Assembly (NCBI RefSeq): GCF_009914755.1
Contig: NC_060930.1
Origin: the human T2T-CHM13v2.0 reference genome, Homo sapiens
DNA: 64,000 nucleotides
Strand: one strand, 5' to 3'
Positions 32,801 through 50,841 of this stretch are shown here, one piece after another. The notes under the pieces are model-generated. The model saw nothing but the letters and a program-made list of their open reading frames with translations, did no database searches and was not told where the DNA came from. Each line of letters starts with the position of its first letter. Position 1 is the first letter of the stretch. A program made the position numbers and the translations under genes.

Positions 32801-33826
32801 AAGGTATAAAAATGCTATTGATTTTTGCATATTTACTTTGTACCCTGCAACTTTAGTGAATTCTCTTATTAGTTCTAACAGTTTTTGGTAGAGTCTTTTG
32901 GTTTATCTCTACATAAGATCATATTGTCTGCAAACAGACAATTTGACTTCCTCCCTTCCAATTTGGAAGACTTTTTTCTTTTGTGTAATGTCTATGGCTA
33001 TGACTTCCAATATTATGTTGAATAGAAGTGATGAAAGTGTGCATTCTTGTCTTTCTCCAGATCTTAGAGAAAAAGCTTTTATCTTTTCTCTATTCAGTAT
33101 GATGTTAGCTATGGGTTTTTCATATATGGCCTTTATTGCATTGAGCTATGAAACTTCTATACACATAATTTGTTGAGAGGTTATGTTTATCTTGAAGGAT
33201 GTTGAAGTTTGTTTCTTTAGTCTCTATTTATTTCTGCTCCAATCTTTATTATTATCTTTTTCTTCTGCTTTTTTAGGTTTTAGCTTTTCTTGTTCCATCT
33301 GTGCAATGTTAGGTCATTTATTTGAGATCATTCTTCATTTTTGATGTAGGTGTTTATTGCTGTAAAGTTCTATCTTAGAACTGCTTTCGCTGTACCCCAT
33401 AGATTTTGGTATGTGTGTTGTTTCTATTTTTGTTTGTCTCATAAAATTTTTTAATTTCACTTTTAATTTCTTCATTGACTCATTGGTTATTCAGAGACAC
33501 ATTGTTTGATATCCATGTATTTGTAAAGTTTCCACAGTTCTTCCTATTATTGATTTCTAGTTGTATACTATTTTTACTAGAAAAGATACTCTGTATGATC
33601 TATAGCTTCCTAAATTTGTTAAGACATGTTTTGTGGCCTAACATATGACCTACCCTGGAGAATGTTCCATGTAAAGTTGAGAATAATGTATATGCCATGA
33701 CTTTGGGGGTTAGGATTTCAGCATATAAATCATGGGGAACATAAACATCAAGTCAATTGCAGTAGTATTTCCTTATAATCCTTTTTAGTTCTGTAATGTT
33801 GCTAGCAATATTATCTCTTTTATTCC

Positions 33827-34180
33827 TGCTGTGGTCTGAATGCTTGTGTCTTTCCAAAATTTGTATGTTGAAAACCTGATCACTAACGTAATAGTGTTAG
33901 GATGTAAGGCCTTAGGGAGATGATTAGATCATGAGGTCAGGATGGGTTTAGTGCACTTATAAGAAAGGTTCCAGAGAGCTGGTTTCCCATTTTCAGCATA
34001 TAAGGGCACAGCAAGAAAGTACTATCCATGAACCAGAAAATAGGTCCTCACCAAACACTAAATCTGCCTGTCTTGATATTAGGTTTCCTTGTCTCCAAAA
34101 CTGTGAGGAATACATTTCTGTTGTTTTTAAGATATGCAGTCTATGGTAGTTTTTTAGAGCAACCCAAACAAACTAAGACA
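33827..34180 (+). mobile_element. MLT1A-like MaLR LTR
   Basis: TGCTGTGGTCTGAATG...AAACTAAGACA; flanks ATTCC / ATTCT. Confidence 0.75.
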
Positions 34181-35275
34181 ATTCTGAATTTTGATAACTT
34201 GAGTTTTCTCTCTTTTTCTTTTGGTCAGTTTAGATAAAGTTTTGTCAATTTTGTTGATCTTTTCAAAAAGCTACATTTGGGTTTCATTAATTTTCATTAA
34301 TTGTCTATTTAATTAATTTCTGATTCAATCTTTTTTTCTTCTGCTTGCTTTAAATTTACTTTTTAATATCTGAAGGTGATTATGAATTTCAAATCTTTCT
34401 TAATTTTCAAATATAGATGTTTATAGGCATAAATTTGCCTCCAAACACTGCTTTACCTGCTCTTCATAGATTTTGATATTTTGTGTTTTCATTTTTATTC
34501 ATTTCAAAGTGTTTTTGAATTTGCCTCATGGTTTTTTTGACCAATTGATTATTTTGAAGTGTGTGGTTTAATGTCTACTATTTATGCATCCCTCAAATTT
34601 CTTGTTATTTATTTTCTCATTCTGTTATTGATTTCTTTATTCCAATGTGACCAGATAATAAACTTTGTATGATTTCAATTATTTTAAGTGTGTTGAGGCT
34701 TTTATTGTTGCCTACCATATAGTCTATCTTGGAGAATGTTTCATTTTCATTTGAGAATAATGTGTCTCATCTAGGTATAGAGTGTTCTATGGGTATCTAT
34801 TAGGTATAATGGGTTTATAATGTTGTTCAAGTCTTCTGTTTCCTTGTTGATCATCCTCATAGTTGTTTCTCCATTGTTTGAAAGTGGACCATGAAGTCTC
34901 TGAATATTGTTGTTGAATATGTATTTCTTTATGTCTGTTTCTCCCTTCAATTTTGTTAACTTTTCTTCATGTATATTGAGACTGTTTTTAGGTGAATATG
35001 TGGTTATAAATGTTATATCTTCCTAAGGATATCTTTTTATTATTAAAGATGTCCCTCTTTCTTTCTTGTAGCATTTTTTTAAAGTTCTATATGTCTAATA
35101 TTAATACAGACATTTCAGCAACCTTATGGTTGCTATTTGCATGATATATTGTTTCCATCCTTTTACTTTCAATCTATTTGTATCTATAAATCTAAGGTGT
35201 GTCAACTCTAGACAGCATATAGTTGGTTCTTGCTTTTTCATCCAGTTTGATAATATCTACCATTTTATTGAGGAT

Positions 35276-35574
35276 TTTTTTTTTTTTTTTTTTTTAAGAT
35301 GGAGTCTTGCTTTGTCGCCCAGGTTGGAGTGCAGTGGTGCAATCTCAGCTCACTGCAACCTCTGCCTTCGGGTTCAAGCAATTCTCCTGCCTCAGCCTCC
35401 TGAGTAGCCGGAACTACAGGCACATGCCACCACACCTGGCTAATTTTTGTATTTTTAGTAGAGATGGGGTTTCACCATGTTGGCCAGGATGGTCTCTGTC
35501 TCCTGGCTTTGTGATCCACCCACCTTGGCCTCCCAAAGTGCTGGGATTACAGGCATCAGCCACCATGCCCAGCC
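35276..35574 (-). mobile_element. AluS
   Basis: Antisense Alu; TSD TTATTGAG. Confidence 0.9.
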
Positions 35575-36302
35575 TTATTGAGTTATTTAATTTACTTACA
35601 TTTAGTGTTATTATTGGTAAAACAGATTTAATTCTTCCACTTTTTGTTTTCTATGTCTCATGTCTTTTAGTTCCTTTGTTGTTTGCTTTTGTATTAATAA
35701 ATATTGTCTAGTGTTATACTTTTTATTTCTTTAACAATTTTTTTAAGTTTTTTGTTTTTTCGTGGTTGCTCTAAGACTTGTCACATGCATCTTAACTTAT
35801 CAGAATCTACTACAGAGTTTTACTGACAAGTCCAGTAAGATATGGAAATTTACCCCTGCATAGTTTTTCTTTTTCTGCCTTTTGCTGCAGTTATCATTAC
35901 ATATATTGCATTTAAGCATGTTACAAATGCAGCAATACATTGTTATAAGTATTAATTTATATAATTGTATGTCTTTTAAAGAATCAGAGAGCAGAAGAGA
36001 GCAAATGCTTATAGTTTTTGTCGTATTAACCATCTTATTTAGCATTTCTTCTCTTTGTTTATCTTGTAGATTTGGGTTATCATCTGGTATCACATCCTTA
36101 CTCCAATACTGCTTTGCTCACACCCATATTCTTTGTAATATTATTAGTTTATATGTGTTATAGGCCTAACAATGAAATTATAAGCATACTGTTTTATTCA
36201 TTTGTTTTGTAGATCAATTAAGAGAAGAATTAATATGCATTTATACTATCTTTACTACTACATAATTACCTTTAACCATGCTCTTTTTCTCTATTTTGCT
36301 TC

Positions 36303-36612
<310 letters not shown>

Positions 36613-36678
36613 TCTATTTTGCTTCTTATAAAATATGGTTTGAGGCCACTTGCTTTCATCCTGAGGAAGTTCCCTTAG

Positions 36679-37517
36679 TGAACCCCCTTTGCAAAAATTA
36701 TATCAGCGGCAAAATTAGACAGTGAAAAAGACCTGATCTAGCCCACCCGTCCTCTTGCCTTTGCTTTCAAGCTGCCTCAATCATTCCTGGGCTTCGTCTG
36801 AGCTAACTTAGTCTGAACTAACTTTGGAAGGTTGTTTGTTTGTGTTGTTTTGTTTTTGAGACCATGCCCAGTTAATTTTTGTATTTTCAGTAGAGACGGG
36901 GTTTCACCATCTTGGCCAGGGTGGTCTTGAACTCCTGACCTCATGATCCACCTGCCTCGGCCTCCCAAAGTGCTAGGATTACAGCTGTGAGCCATCGTGC
37001 CTGGCCAGAAGATTGTTTAAATAACAGACCTTCCCCCAAAATCATCTGCTTTTATAAAGTTAATGGAAGGCCATCAGGCTAGGGGGCAGAGAGGAGACTG
37101 ATTCTGCTAAGGTGTAGACATAGATTGCCAACTATTCCTGCAGATAATACTACTATTGCCGATTGGCCTTTTGAGATATCTTTTCAGTTTTTTTTTCACG
37201 TCTAACACTACCTGGACCCTCCAACCCTGCTCCTGTGGCCCCACCCAGAATTTATTCAGTACAAGAGGACAGCTTTGACCCCCTTTGATTTCATCTCCAC
37301 CCCAACCAATCAGCACCAAGCCTAGCGACCTCCACCCCTTCACCCAAACTGCCTATGCAAAACCCCTAATTTAGAAGCTTTAGGGAGAATTATTGCAGTA
37401 CTAACTCCATCTTCTGTGTGGTGTGGCTGGCCTGATGTCTAATTAAACTCTTTCTTTACTGCAATGCCATGGTCTGTCTTTGTGCAGGAGGCAGGAGGAA
37501 CCCTTTGGGCAGTTACA
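36679..37517 (+). mobile_element. LTR8-like ERV1 solo LTR containing an internally deleted antisense Alu (~36833-37007)
   Basis: TGAA..CCTTTGCAAAAATTAT...GGGCAGTTACA; 4-bp TSD TTAG. Confidence 0.75.
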
Positions 37518-37624
37518 TTAGTATTTCTTATAAGATAGGATCACTAACAATTCTGTCAGTTTTTGTTTGTCTGGGATTGTCCTTGTTTCATCTTCGTTGT
37601 GCCGCTTTTAAGATGTTCTTTTTG

Positions 37625-38010
<386 letters not shown>

Positions 38011-38319
38011 CTACTTGGAGCTTGTTAACCCTCTTGGATATATATATATTGTTTTTCCTCAAATTTGGGAAATTTTTAGTTATTATTTCTTTGAATAGTT
38101 TTTTTCTACTCTTCTGGTAATCCTATTATATGTATGTTGGTGAGTTTCTTAGTGTCACACATTCCTCTGGGACTCTTTTTATTTTTCTTTATTCTTTTTT
38201 TCTTTCTGCTTTTTGGGTATTATTCTCTATTAGCCTGTCTTCATGCTTCAGGTTTGCTCATTTCTTCTTCTGCCAGTTCAAATCTGTAGTTGAGCCCTAT
38301 AGTAATTTTTAAATTTTGA

Positions 38320-39053
<734 letters not shown>

Positions 39054-39389
39054 CTGTGTGTGTGTGTCACACATTTTTGTTGCTTTTCATGTCTCTTTTT
39101 TTTCTTTCTGAAAACTAGACACTTAAATAATATATTGTAGCAATTGTGGATATAATTGTCCCTCATTTCATGGTGCTTGTTATTATTTGCCTGTTTTTTC
39201 ATTTAGCTTCTGATGGCACTATTTTACTGGGAAGCCTTTGATGTTGCTCCTTAGAGGGCACAACCTTGGGCATGGGAACATTCAGCTGAGATGAGAGCAG
39301 CTTTAGCAGTGCTCTCTTTGACTCTTTCCTTCATCACACCCAGCTGTTAGCCTTCTTTAATTCCTGGCTGATTGCCTTTTTAAATTTAA

Positions 39390-39659
<270 letters not shown>

Positions 39660-40789
39660 AAGGCAGTGTCACAAAACAAGCTACTGCAATGGGCAAATGG
39701 AGCCTAATCCCATGGTGAAGCTCTGGAACGCCATGGAACACATGTGTAAAAGGCTGATTCTATTGAGGGCATGATGACAGCTGTGTTGTGACCCCACACA
39801 AGTGAGTCACTGGTTCAGGTCTGTTCCTGGAGACCATCAATTTGTGGGTACTTCTGGCTTGCCATGTTCTCCAGCCAAGTCTGAGGGCAGCTCTCTGATG
39901 CAAATGCAGTAACTAGCTGTCAGAAAACCTGCTGGCTTGCACGGAAGGTATGGTTCTGGACAGTGTGTCAACAGTGCCTGCTACACTGGGGAATTTTTCA
40001 AACAAACCAGCCCATGTCCTCCTCTTCCCCTCACTCACTAATGACCCTGAGTCCTGATCACCATTATGTACAGCAGAACAAAGAAGAGGTGTCAGTAGAC
40101 ATATTTTCTTCATAAAGATGCCCCAATGATGAATAGCCTATGTTTATTGGTTATGACCGTAGAAATGAAATGGAAAAGCTTCCACTGGGCCTGAAAGAGG
40201 CCACAGTGGGACTGGGAGACTGGAGAGGAGAGAAAAATCCTTTCTAAGCATTCTTGGAGGAATATGGTCATGGGTCAATAAGAAATGAATTGAAAGATTG
40301 TTGGAATAGAGGTAAAAATGGCAGAAATTCTTCTAGTCCAATCAGCACTTTTTGTCTTGTGACATAAAGTAACATTAGGCATTCTAAGAAAAAGAAGTGA
40401 AGATTGTGAGTATGAGAATTAAGATTTATGAAGTGATTTTGTAAGTTGGTGTAAGGTTAAACAGTCTAGAGATTCAAAGGTGCTGGAATGGAGGGAAGCA
40501 CTCCAATGTACAAGCATGGAATTAGGCCAAATAGGTAAAAGAAGCCACAAAGGGCCTAATATAAGAATAAGAATATAGAAGGGATAAGAGATCATCTGAT
40601 GACAATGATAATGGCCATGAATGTGGGAGGAAAAAGAGCAGGTAGAAAGCACTAGACAGAGGTAAAGCCTTGAGATTTAATCTTCAAAGTGGAGCAATTC
40701 AGAGAAGACAGATGATTGAAGTGAAGTAGAGATAAAAGGTTTTGGAAATACAGAGATTGAGAAATTATGAGGTCAGGCTTTCCAATTAT

Positions 40790-42497
<1,708 letters not shown>

Positions 42498-42711
42498 ATC
42501 CGTTTTATTTAGTGTTATTCACAGCTTTAGTCTTTCTGACTCACAGAGAAGAACTTAACTAAGTAAGTCCTTTTGTTTCAACCATTATTCTAAAATTTGC
42601 TTATCTGAATGATAACTATTAAAATCTTATAGTAAGCTCCTATTCATAAAGTTAAACTGGCACTTGATGAATTCATCGGAGTTGACTGCACAACTCATTC
42701 TATTTCCATGA

Positions 42712-43082
<371 letters not shown>

Positions 43083-43340
43083 GATTAATGAAGTATAGCC
43101 TGCATTTTAACAACTATTTTAGGAAGTTCTGCATCTTAGAAAACCATATTCTAGGCAGACTGAAAAATATAATAAAAGTATTTATTGAGCACCTACTATG
43201 TATCCAAGTAGTTAACACGTATTAACTCTAATTGGTGGCAGTACAAAGTGGGCATTTGGTTTTCTGTGCAAATGTGACTTGAAGCCTTACCCCCCAACCC
43301 CAGCCAACTTGACATCCCTATGTCTGTGCTATATGGAAAT

Positions 43341-43457
43341 CCCCCACTCCACACCCCACCCCACCCCCTCCCCCACACCCAACCCCTCCCCCCATCCGCC
43401 CACCCCTCCCACCCACTACCTCCCTACCCCCTCACTACCCCACCTCACCTCCCCCCC
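43341..43457. repeat. C-rich low-complexity tract (G-rich on the minus strand)
   Basis: Many runs of 3-7 C separated by 1-3 bases. Confidence 0.9.
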
Positions 43458-43998
43458 GTCAAAACGGACCTATCAGCTCTCTGTAAAACAGACCAATCGG
43501 CTCTCTGTAAAATGGACCAATCAGCAGGATGTGGGTGGGACCAGATAAGAGAATAAAAGCAGGCTGCCCGAGTCAGCAGTGGGAACTGGCTAGGGTCCCC
43601 TTCTACGCTGTGGAAGGTTTGTTCTTTCGCTCTTTGCAATAAAGCTTGCTGCTTCTCACTCTTTGGGTCCACACTACCTTTATGAGCTGTAACACTCACG
43701 ACGAAGGTCTGCAGCTTCACTCCTGAAGTCAGCGAGACCACGAACCCACCGGGAGGAACGAACAACTCCAGACGTGCGGCCTTAAGAGCTGTAACACTCA
43801 CAGTGAAGGTCTGCAGCTTCACTCCTGAAGCCAGCGAGACCACGAACCCACCAGAAGGAAGAAACTCTGAACACATCTGAACATCAGAAGGAAAAAATTC
43901 TGGACACGCCGTATTTAAGAATTGTAACACTCACCGAGAGGGTCCGTGGCTTCATTCTTGAAGTCAGTGAGACCAAGAACCCACCACTTCTGGACACA
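43458..43998 (+). mobile_element. LTR12 (ERV9) 3' portion
   Basis: CCAATC repeats, GATAAG-AATAAAA promoter core, tandem aaggtctgcagcttcactcctgaag repeats, end ...GGACACA. Confidence 0.9.
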
Positions 43999-44587
43999 TA
44001 GCTACAGTGGTTCAATTTATACCATGAAGGATGAGGTCATTGAAAGGCTATAAAAAACAAACTATTTAATGCTATATTTTGTTAAGTTGCCTTTTTTTAA
44101 AAAGCATCTACTACATATTTATCATGGTATCACTCAACCAGATAGACATGAACAAATTTAGATTAAAGACAGATTCAAAGTAATGTAACTACTGGCTTTG
44201 CTTTAACTTCCAAAGCAACCCTTTTTACCTTTAAGCCTTTCACAGGATGATTATGAAAATCAATGGAAAAATGTATGTAAAAGCTCCTTGTGAGCCGGAA
44301 GCTTCTTTCCAGGTGCTATGAATACTCAATCACTGAGAGGTAAGAGGAGTCATGACCATACACACTGTCCATCAGAAGTGGCGCCTCTTCTCCTTCAGGA
44401 TTCAGTGTGGTTTAAACTATTTAACCTCTGTCTACCTCAATCTAATGACTGCAGCGTATCTCTGGATTGCCTGGGCATTGAATTACTTCTAGAAAGAGGA
44501 AGAAAGATGTGTGACACGTTTGTGGTTGGGTAGTGGTAGTGGTGTACACAGTGTGGAAAAGGGAGAAGAGCAATAAGGCTTTATTTT

Positions 44588-44966
<379 letters not shown>

Positions 44967-45944
44967 TACCTTATTTTTAAATGATAGCATATATTCCTCC
45001 CCTGACCCACTAGGTAGCAGGATGTCCCCTCCTCTAAACTCATGTAGCATTTTTTCCATCCTTCTTTTCAGGTGCATACAGTATTCTAATGGCTATTTCT
45101 CCTATTAAATCTGGGAATGTTGAGAGCCCAATAAATATTTGTCACATAAATGAAAAGGCTGTTCCAAAATTCAACAGTTTCGGGACTAACCAACTGACAC
45201 CCAGAGCCAAAGTGAATAGTGGGATATAATGGCCATTTAATAATTTCAAAAGCTCTCATTAAACATTTTGTCATTGTTGTTGCTTTTTCAGGCACCTTGT
45301 TAGATACAAAGCAACCAACAGGATTTACAATGTACAGTCCTTGCTTTTAAGGAATTACGAATTTAGTAAGGCAAGTAGATTTATAATAACACAATTATAC
45401 CAAGGTAGGAAACCATGGAAGACTTAAAATTAGGGGAATCATGTGAACTGAGTCTTGAAAGATTAGCAGTATTTTTCTAGGCAAAAGAGTGAAGGGAAAG
45501 GCATTTCATATAGGGAACAGCCTGTGCAAATATACGGAAGTATGCAACAGCATGGTTCATTCAGAGAACTGAAAGTATAGCTGACTAGTTGAAGTAAGGG
45601 GAAACACACAAACACCTCAAATGCCTACTAAGCTGCCTGCCTGTCTCCATTTTTCTTGACTATAATTATTGGGGATTTTCGAGTGTGGTGGATTAAATTA
45701 TTGACTGCATTCTTTCCCTCTCCCTGTATCTGCTGCTTTGCCCTTTGCCACTCTAAAACAAAGTGTCTATCCCAGCAGCTTTACTTTGGTCAATGGGATG
45801 TGAGTAGATTTAAGGCATATCATACACTTGAAATGTATTTGAGGAGGAGGGCTTGCCCTCTTGTACCTCTGCTCTTCTTATGCAGAAAGCTTCCCTTGGT
45901 AGCTGCTGTTTCTTTTGCTGAGACCCCAGAGTGAACACAATGGA

Positions 45945-46221
45945 GGCCAGGCATTATGGCTTTTGCCTGTAATCCCAGCACTTTGGAAGGCCGAGGCGGG
46001 CGGATCACTTGAGGTCAGGAGTGAGACCAGCCTGGCCAACATGGTGAAACCGTCTCTACTAAACAAATATTAGCTGGCGTGGTGACGCTTTGCAGGGAGG
46101 CTGAGGCAGGAGACTCACTCGAACCCGGAAAGGTGAGGAGCAGTGAGCGAAGATGGCGCCACTGCACTCCAGCCTGGGTGACAGAGCGAGACTCTGTCTC
46201 AAAAAAAAAAAAAAAAAAAAA
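45945..46221 (+). mobile_element. Atypical Alu with multiple micro-deletions
   Basis: Alu skeleton shortened to ~255 bp plus an A run. Confidence 0.85.
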
Positions 46222-46497
46222 TTAAATCTAACCAAAGACCCAGAAAAGAGAATTGAGGGACTAGAGGAGCTAGTGATGGAAAATATTATGGAACTATTTA
46301 AAAACAAATCCACAGATCCAAGAAGGAAAATACATTAAAAATATATTACAAATAAATCCATACATAGACAAAGAATTGTGAAACTATTTGATATTAAAGT
46401 CAAAACACAAACTCTTAAAATTAGTTGAAAAGGAAGGACAGAAACCTATATATGATCACAAAAGCTTAAATTAGACTAACATAAAACACTGAGGTGG

Positions 46498-46911
46498 TGT
46501 ATTAGTCTATTATTGCATTGCTATAGAGGCATACCTGGGACTGGGTAATTTATAAAGAAAAGAAGTTGAATTGGCTCACACTTCAGCAGGCTGTAGGAGG
46601 ACGGCACCAACATCTACTTGGCTTCTGGTGAGGGCCTCAGGAAGTTTACAATCATGGTGGAAGGCAAAGGAGGAAGCTGGCATGTTACTTGGTGAGAGAG
46701 GTAGCAAGAGGGCAGGAGGAGGTCCAATACTCTTAAATAACCAGATCTCTTGTGAACTAACTGAACAAGAGCTTACTTATCACCAAGGAGATGGAGCTAA
46801 GCCATTCATGAGGAATCCACCCCCATGATCCAGTTACCAGGCCCTGTCTCTATCATTGGGGATTATGTTTCAACATGAGATTTGGAGGGGACAAACGGCC
46901 AAACTCTATCA
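46498..46911 (-). mobile_element. MST-family MaLR LTR
   Basis: TGTATTAGTC...gggtaatttataaagaaaaga...CAAACTCTATCA. Confidence 0.8.
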
Positions 46912-47910
46912 AGTGTTTTCAAAGTCAATACACAGGAGGCCTCAAACTCTCAGATGCCATTTCCAGAATCCCTTTGCCTCACCAGTATATATTTGGTTTT
47001 AGAGTCTTGAGAGCTGAATAAGGGCCAAGTTTGAACTGGAAAGCAACTGTACATACCTTCTGCTTTTTCAGCACAACAGCAGTACATAAATTGATGGTTT
47101 TTTACAGTGACCAGTCTCAAGGGAACAGATACATCATGCTAAAAGCATCCCTAGCTCTGTAATCAGTACATGGAAACCCCTGCATGACCCTTCTGTATTT
47201 CTTAGCCAGTAAATTTCACCAGTCAGTGATTTCAAGGAGGGTCAAGCTTGCCTTTGTTATCCCTATGGAGAGAAGAATGGTTTACAGACTCGTTCTTTCC
47301 ACTCCAAACTACAGAGCAATATCAACAACAATAGAACTATAGCAGACTTCTCAACAATGAAAGCTAGAAAATGGTGGAATAATATCTTCAAATTATTGAG
47401 AGAAAATAACCCTCATCTTAGAATCACATGCTCAGCAAAACCTTTTAAGGATGAGAGAAAAAAATATTTACGAATAAAAAAGTTTGCTTCCAATAGTGCA
47501 GCATAAAGCAGCATTTAAAGACATCCTTTAGAAGAAGTAAAATGATCTCAGGTAGTCTGAGATAGGAAAAGACTGCTGAACAAATAAAACAGATTTTATT
47601 ATGTTATGTAAAAATTATGGAAATCAATGTTACCTTTTCAAAAGGCAAAGAAAAGAAGAAAGTATACAGAAAGTTACCATCCAGTAACCTTTGAAGAGAG
47701 GCACTAAAGAAAATCTACTTTAGTGTGTCTCTCTTCAAAAAAAATTATATGAAAATGTTCAGAAACACTTGATTCCAGGAAAGGAAAGCCTCAATTTCAG
47801 GGATGGGGAATAGGCATTTTAAAGGAGCTTCAACAAGCTTAGTTAGATTGGAACATGGATTGCAGAGCATAGCAGAAATGGGTCCAGAGAGACATGAAGG
47901 GGACTTATGA

Positions 47911-48261
<351 letters not shown>

Positions 48262-48795
48262 TAGGATTAAAGACATGAACCACTGCACCTGTCCTGATTT
48301 CATGTTTCTTATGTGCCATCACTGTTTCTAATGTTCCCTTCTATGATTATGCTTACACTAAATTCTGATCATTTACCTACGACCCTTCCTATTATAGTCT
48401 GACGCCCTCACTAGGGGTATCTAATTTCCCTTTGTATTATCAAATACTGAGCAGTTTCTGGAACATAGTAGTTGCTAAAAGCATACTCATTAAATGACCA
48501 TATTGTTAATGTCATGCCCCTTTACCTCCTCAGGTGGATTTATGTACTTGCATGTTTGTGCTCTCATATAGCTTGTACATACCTCTAATGTTACATGTAC
48601 TTGTTAAGAAGTTTGTCTCTTTTAGATTATTAACCCTTAGAGATTAGGGTTAACCTTTTTTTTCTCCAATTCCTGTTACACAACACTTCATAGATATTAA
48701 TTTAGCAAATGAACATAAGTATGCACACACTAGTAAATGAAACCAAACTCCAGAACAGGCTGAGGTATGTGATAGGCACTCTCAAAGGGGAGAAT

Positions 48796-49043
48796 CAGTA
48801 GTGTGCTGCAGTTTCCTGATGCCAGCTCATGAGAGCCAATTAATAACTTCTCGGGAGTTTTGTGAGCTGGTTGACATCACATTGGCAACTGGAAATTGGC
48901 CATGATAGAAACAATATATACAAAAATGTATTGCTGCAATATATGTTGCTATCATACAACCAGGTTTTTTGTTTTTGTTTTTATTTTTTATTTTTGCTTT
49001 TCCTTCCCAGAAAGCCAGTTGTAAAACGTTTACAAGCACCCTG
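48796..49043. mobile_element. Short hAT DNA transposon relic (MER63-like)
   Basis: Ends cagtagtgtgctg ... aagcaccctg resemble degenerate terminal inverted repeats. Confidence 0.45.
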
Positions 49044-50362
49044 TGATCAGAACCTTGTCCTTAGGTCAGATGTTTACACATGTTATATCTTAGAAGGAAG
49101 AAAAAATTTGTGAACAGCCAAGGCTGGATTCAGCTGCTCCACAGCTGTTTTAATATTTACCAGATAACAAGCAGATCATTCACCAGACAACAACCTTCCT
49201 CTTCTTCCAACCAAGTTCAGGATGTGAGGTTACAGATTGTAATGCCTTGCAAACTGCATTAGCTACACCGGATACCTACAAACAGATGCCTGATTTTCCA
49301 CTAACTGAGAGGTTCAGATGAGAGCGTTCTCCCCTCTTTCTTACACAGTAAAAATAACCAAAAAGAATTGTTTTTTGGGTCAGCTGTTTGTAGTTTCTTG
49401 CAAGTTAATTTATTATATTTTTGTTAGTCTGCACTTCATTTCATTTTTTATGTTTAAAAGTCAGTATCTGAGTAAAGTCATGATCTTACACTCATAATAT
49501 GGGTTCAGAATGAATTGTCCTTCAAAACAAAGGAATTAACTGAGCCTCAAGATTCAGTAGAAGAAGAAAATTATAAGGCAATATAAATGGAAGCCCTAAA
49601 ATAGATAAAAAGAAAAGAGTATTAGTAGTTATACTGTAGCATTACAAAGTGAGCTTAGCCGATTTTGCCAAATGTACCATGGTATATATGACAAGGTGTC
49701 TATGTCTACTTCATTGTTTCATTCAACAATATTGGTACATCTACTAAGTTCAAGGCCTAGGTGCATAGGATTCATGGAGCTTACTGTCTAGTGGGGATCT
49801 GACAGGGAAACAGATGCTCTGATGCAATGGTACATAATCACTGGTTCAAACTTGCACCAAGGAACAGAGAAGACTAATCCTGTCATGCAACCTCCAAGGA
49901 AGGTACCTTTCTTTAACTTCAAGTCATCTCAATTGTAAGAGCATTCATTAAATTCTTTTGGTTTGGGGCAGTGGAAAGCAATTCTGACTAGTCTAGATAA
50001 AACCCAAGAATTTGTTGGAAGACTATGGACACATCTCACAAAGTCAGAAGAAAAAATCAGAATTTAAGAAGGAACAAAAAAAAAAAAAAAAAAAGGAAGG
50101 AACAAGGCAGAACCAGAAACCCAAAAGCAAGACACTGAGCATTTTTGTCTGGATTCTCCTTGTCACTTAAGGAACTCAGTTCAGCTAACTCCGAGGCTCC
50201 CTATCCCCTCTTCTGATTGACCAGTTTGGCTCTGGAATTCATCATTGGATCAAATGACTATGGTGATATCAATAAGGACCTTTCCTACAGACATGGCTCT
50301 TAGATACCCTTACTTCCCAGTGTTGGGATTGGCTCTCAGGAAAAGGGTACTTGTGAGTCTGG

Positions 50363-50841
50363 TGACAAAGATTCCTTGCTTGGCCAAACTTTAGTCAGGC
50401 TGCTGAAGCTTCTTCTAGGCCCATCTATGCACTTTATTATACAACCCACTTTTAGCAAAGGACACTAAGTCAGTTAAGGAAATATCCCCCATTTTTTATC
50501 TGATCACTCTTGTTATCTAATTAGGTTTCTCATCTTTCACCATCCTCCAGACTTTGTCTGATCATCCTGGTCTGTTTTCAGCAAGAATCCTCTTAGATTC
50601 ATTTAGTCAGAATCCACGTTACCCCTGATGTTTCCTGTCAGTAATTTTCTATCCACTGACCTCCACCCTGTTCCCTGGTCATAAGTTCCCCCTTGCCCAT
50701 GCTATATTCAGAGTGGAACTCAATTTCTCTCCCCCACTGCAAAATCACATTGCAGTGGTCCTTGTACCTATTTTGATGGTTCCGAATGAAGCCTTCCACA
50801 CCATGCTTTAACAAGTAGCATTGATAATTTGTTCTTTAACA
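50363..50841 (+). mobile_element. MER31-like ERV1 solo LTR
   Basis: TGACAAAGA..CCAAACTTTAGTCAGGC...CTTTAACA; 4-bp TSD CTGG. Confidence 0.7.

Noticed and set aside
43680-43985. Regularly spaced direct repeats that superficially resemble a CRISPR array
   Set aside because: Standard LTR12 U5 tandem repeats; the spacers are themselves repeated and the context is eukaryotic
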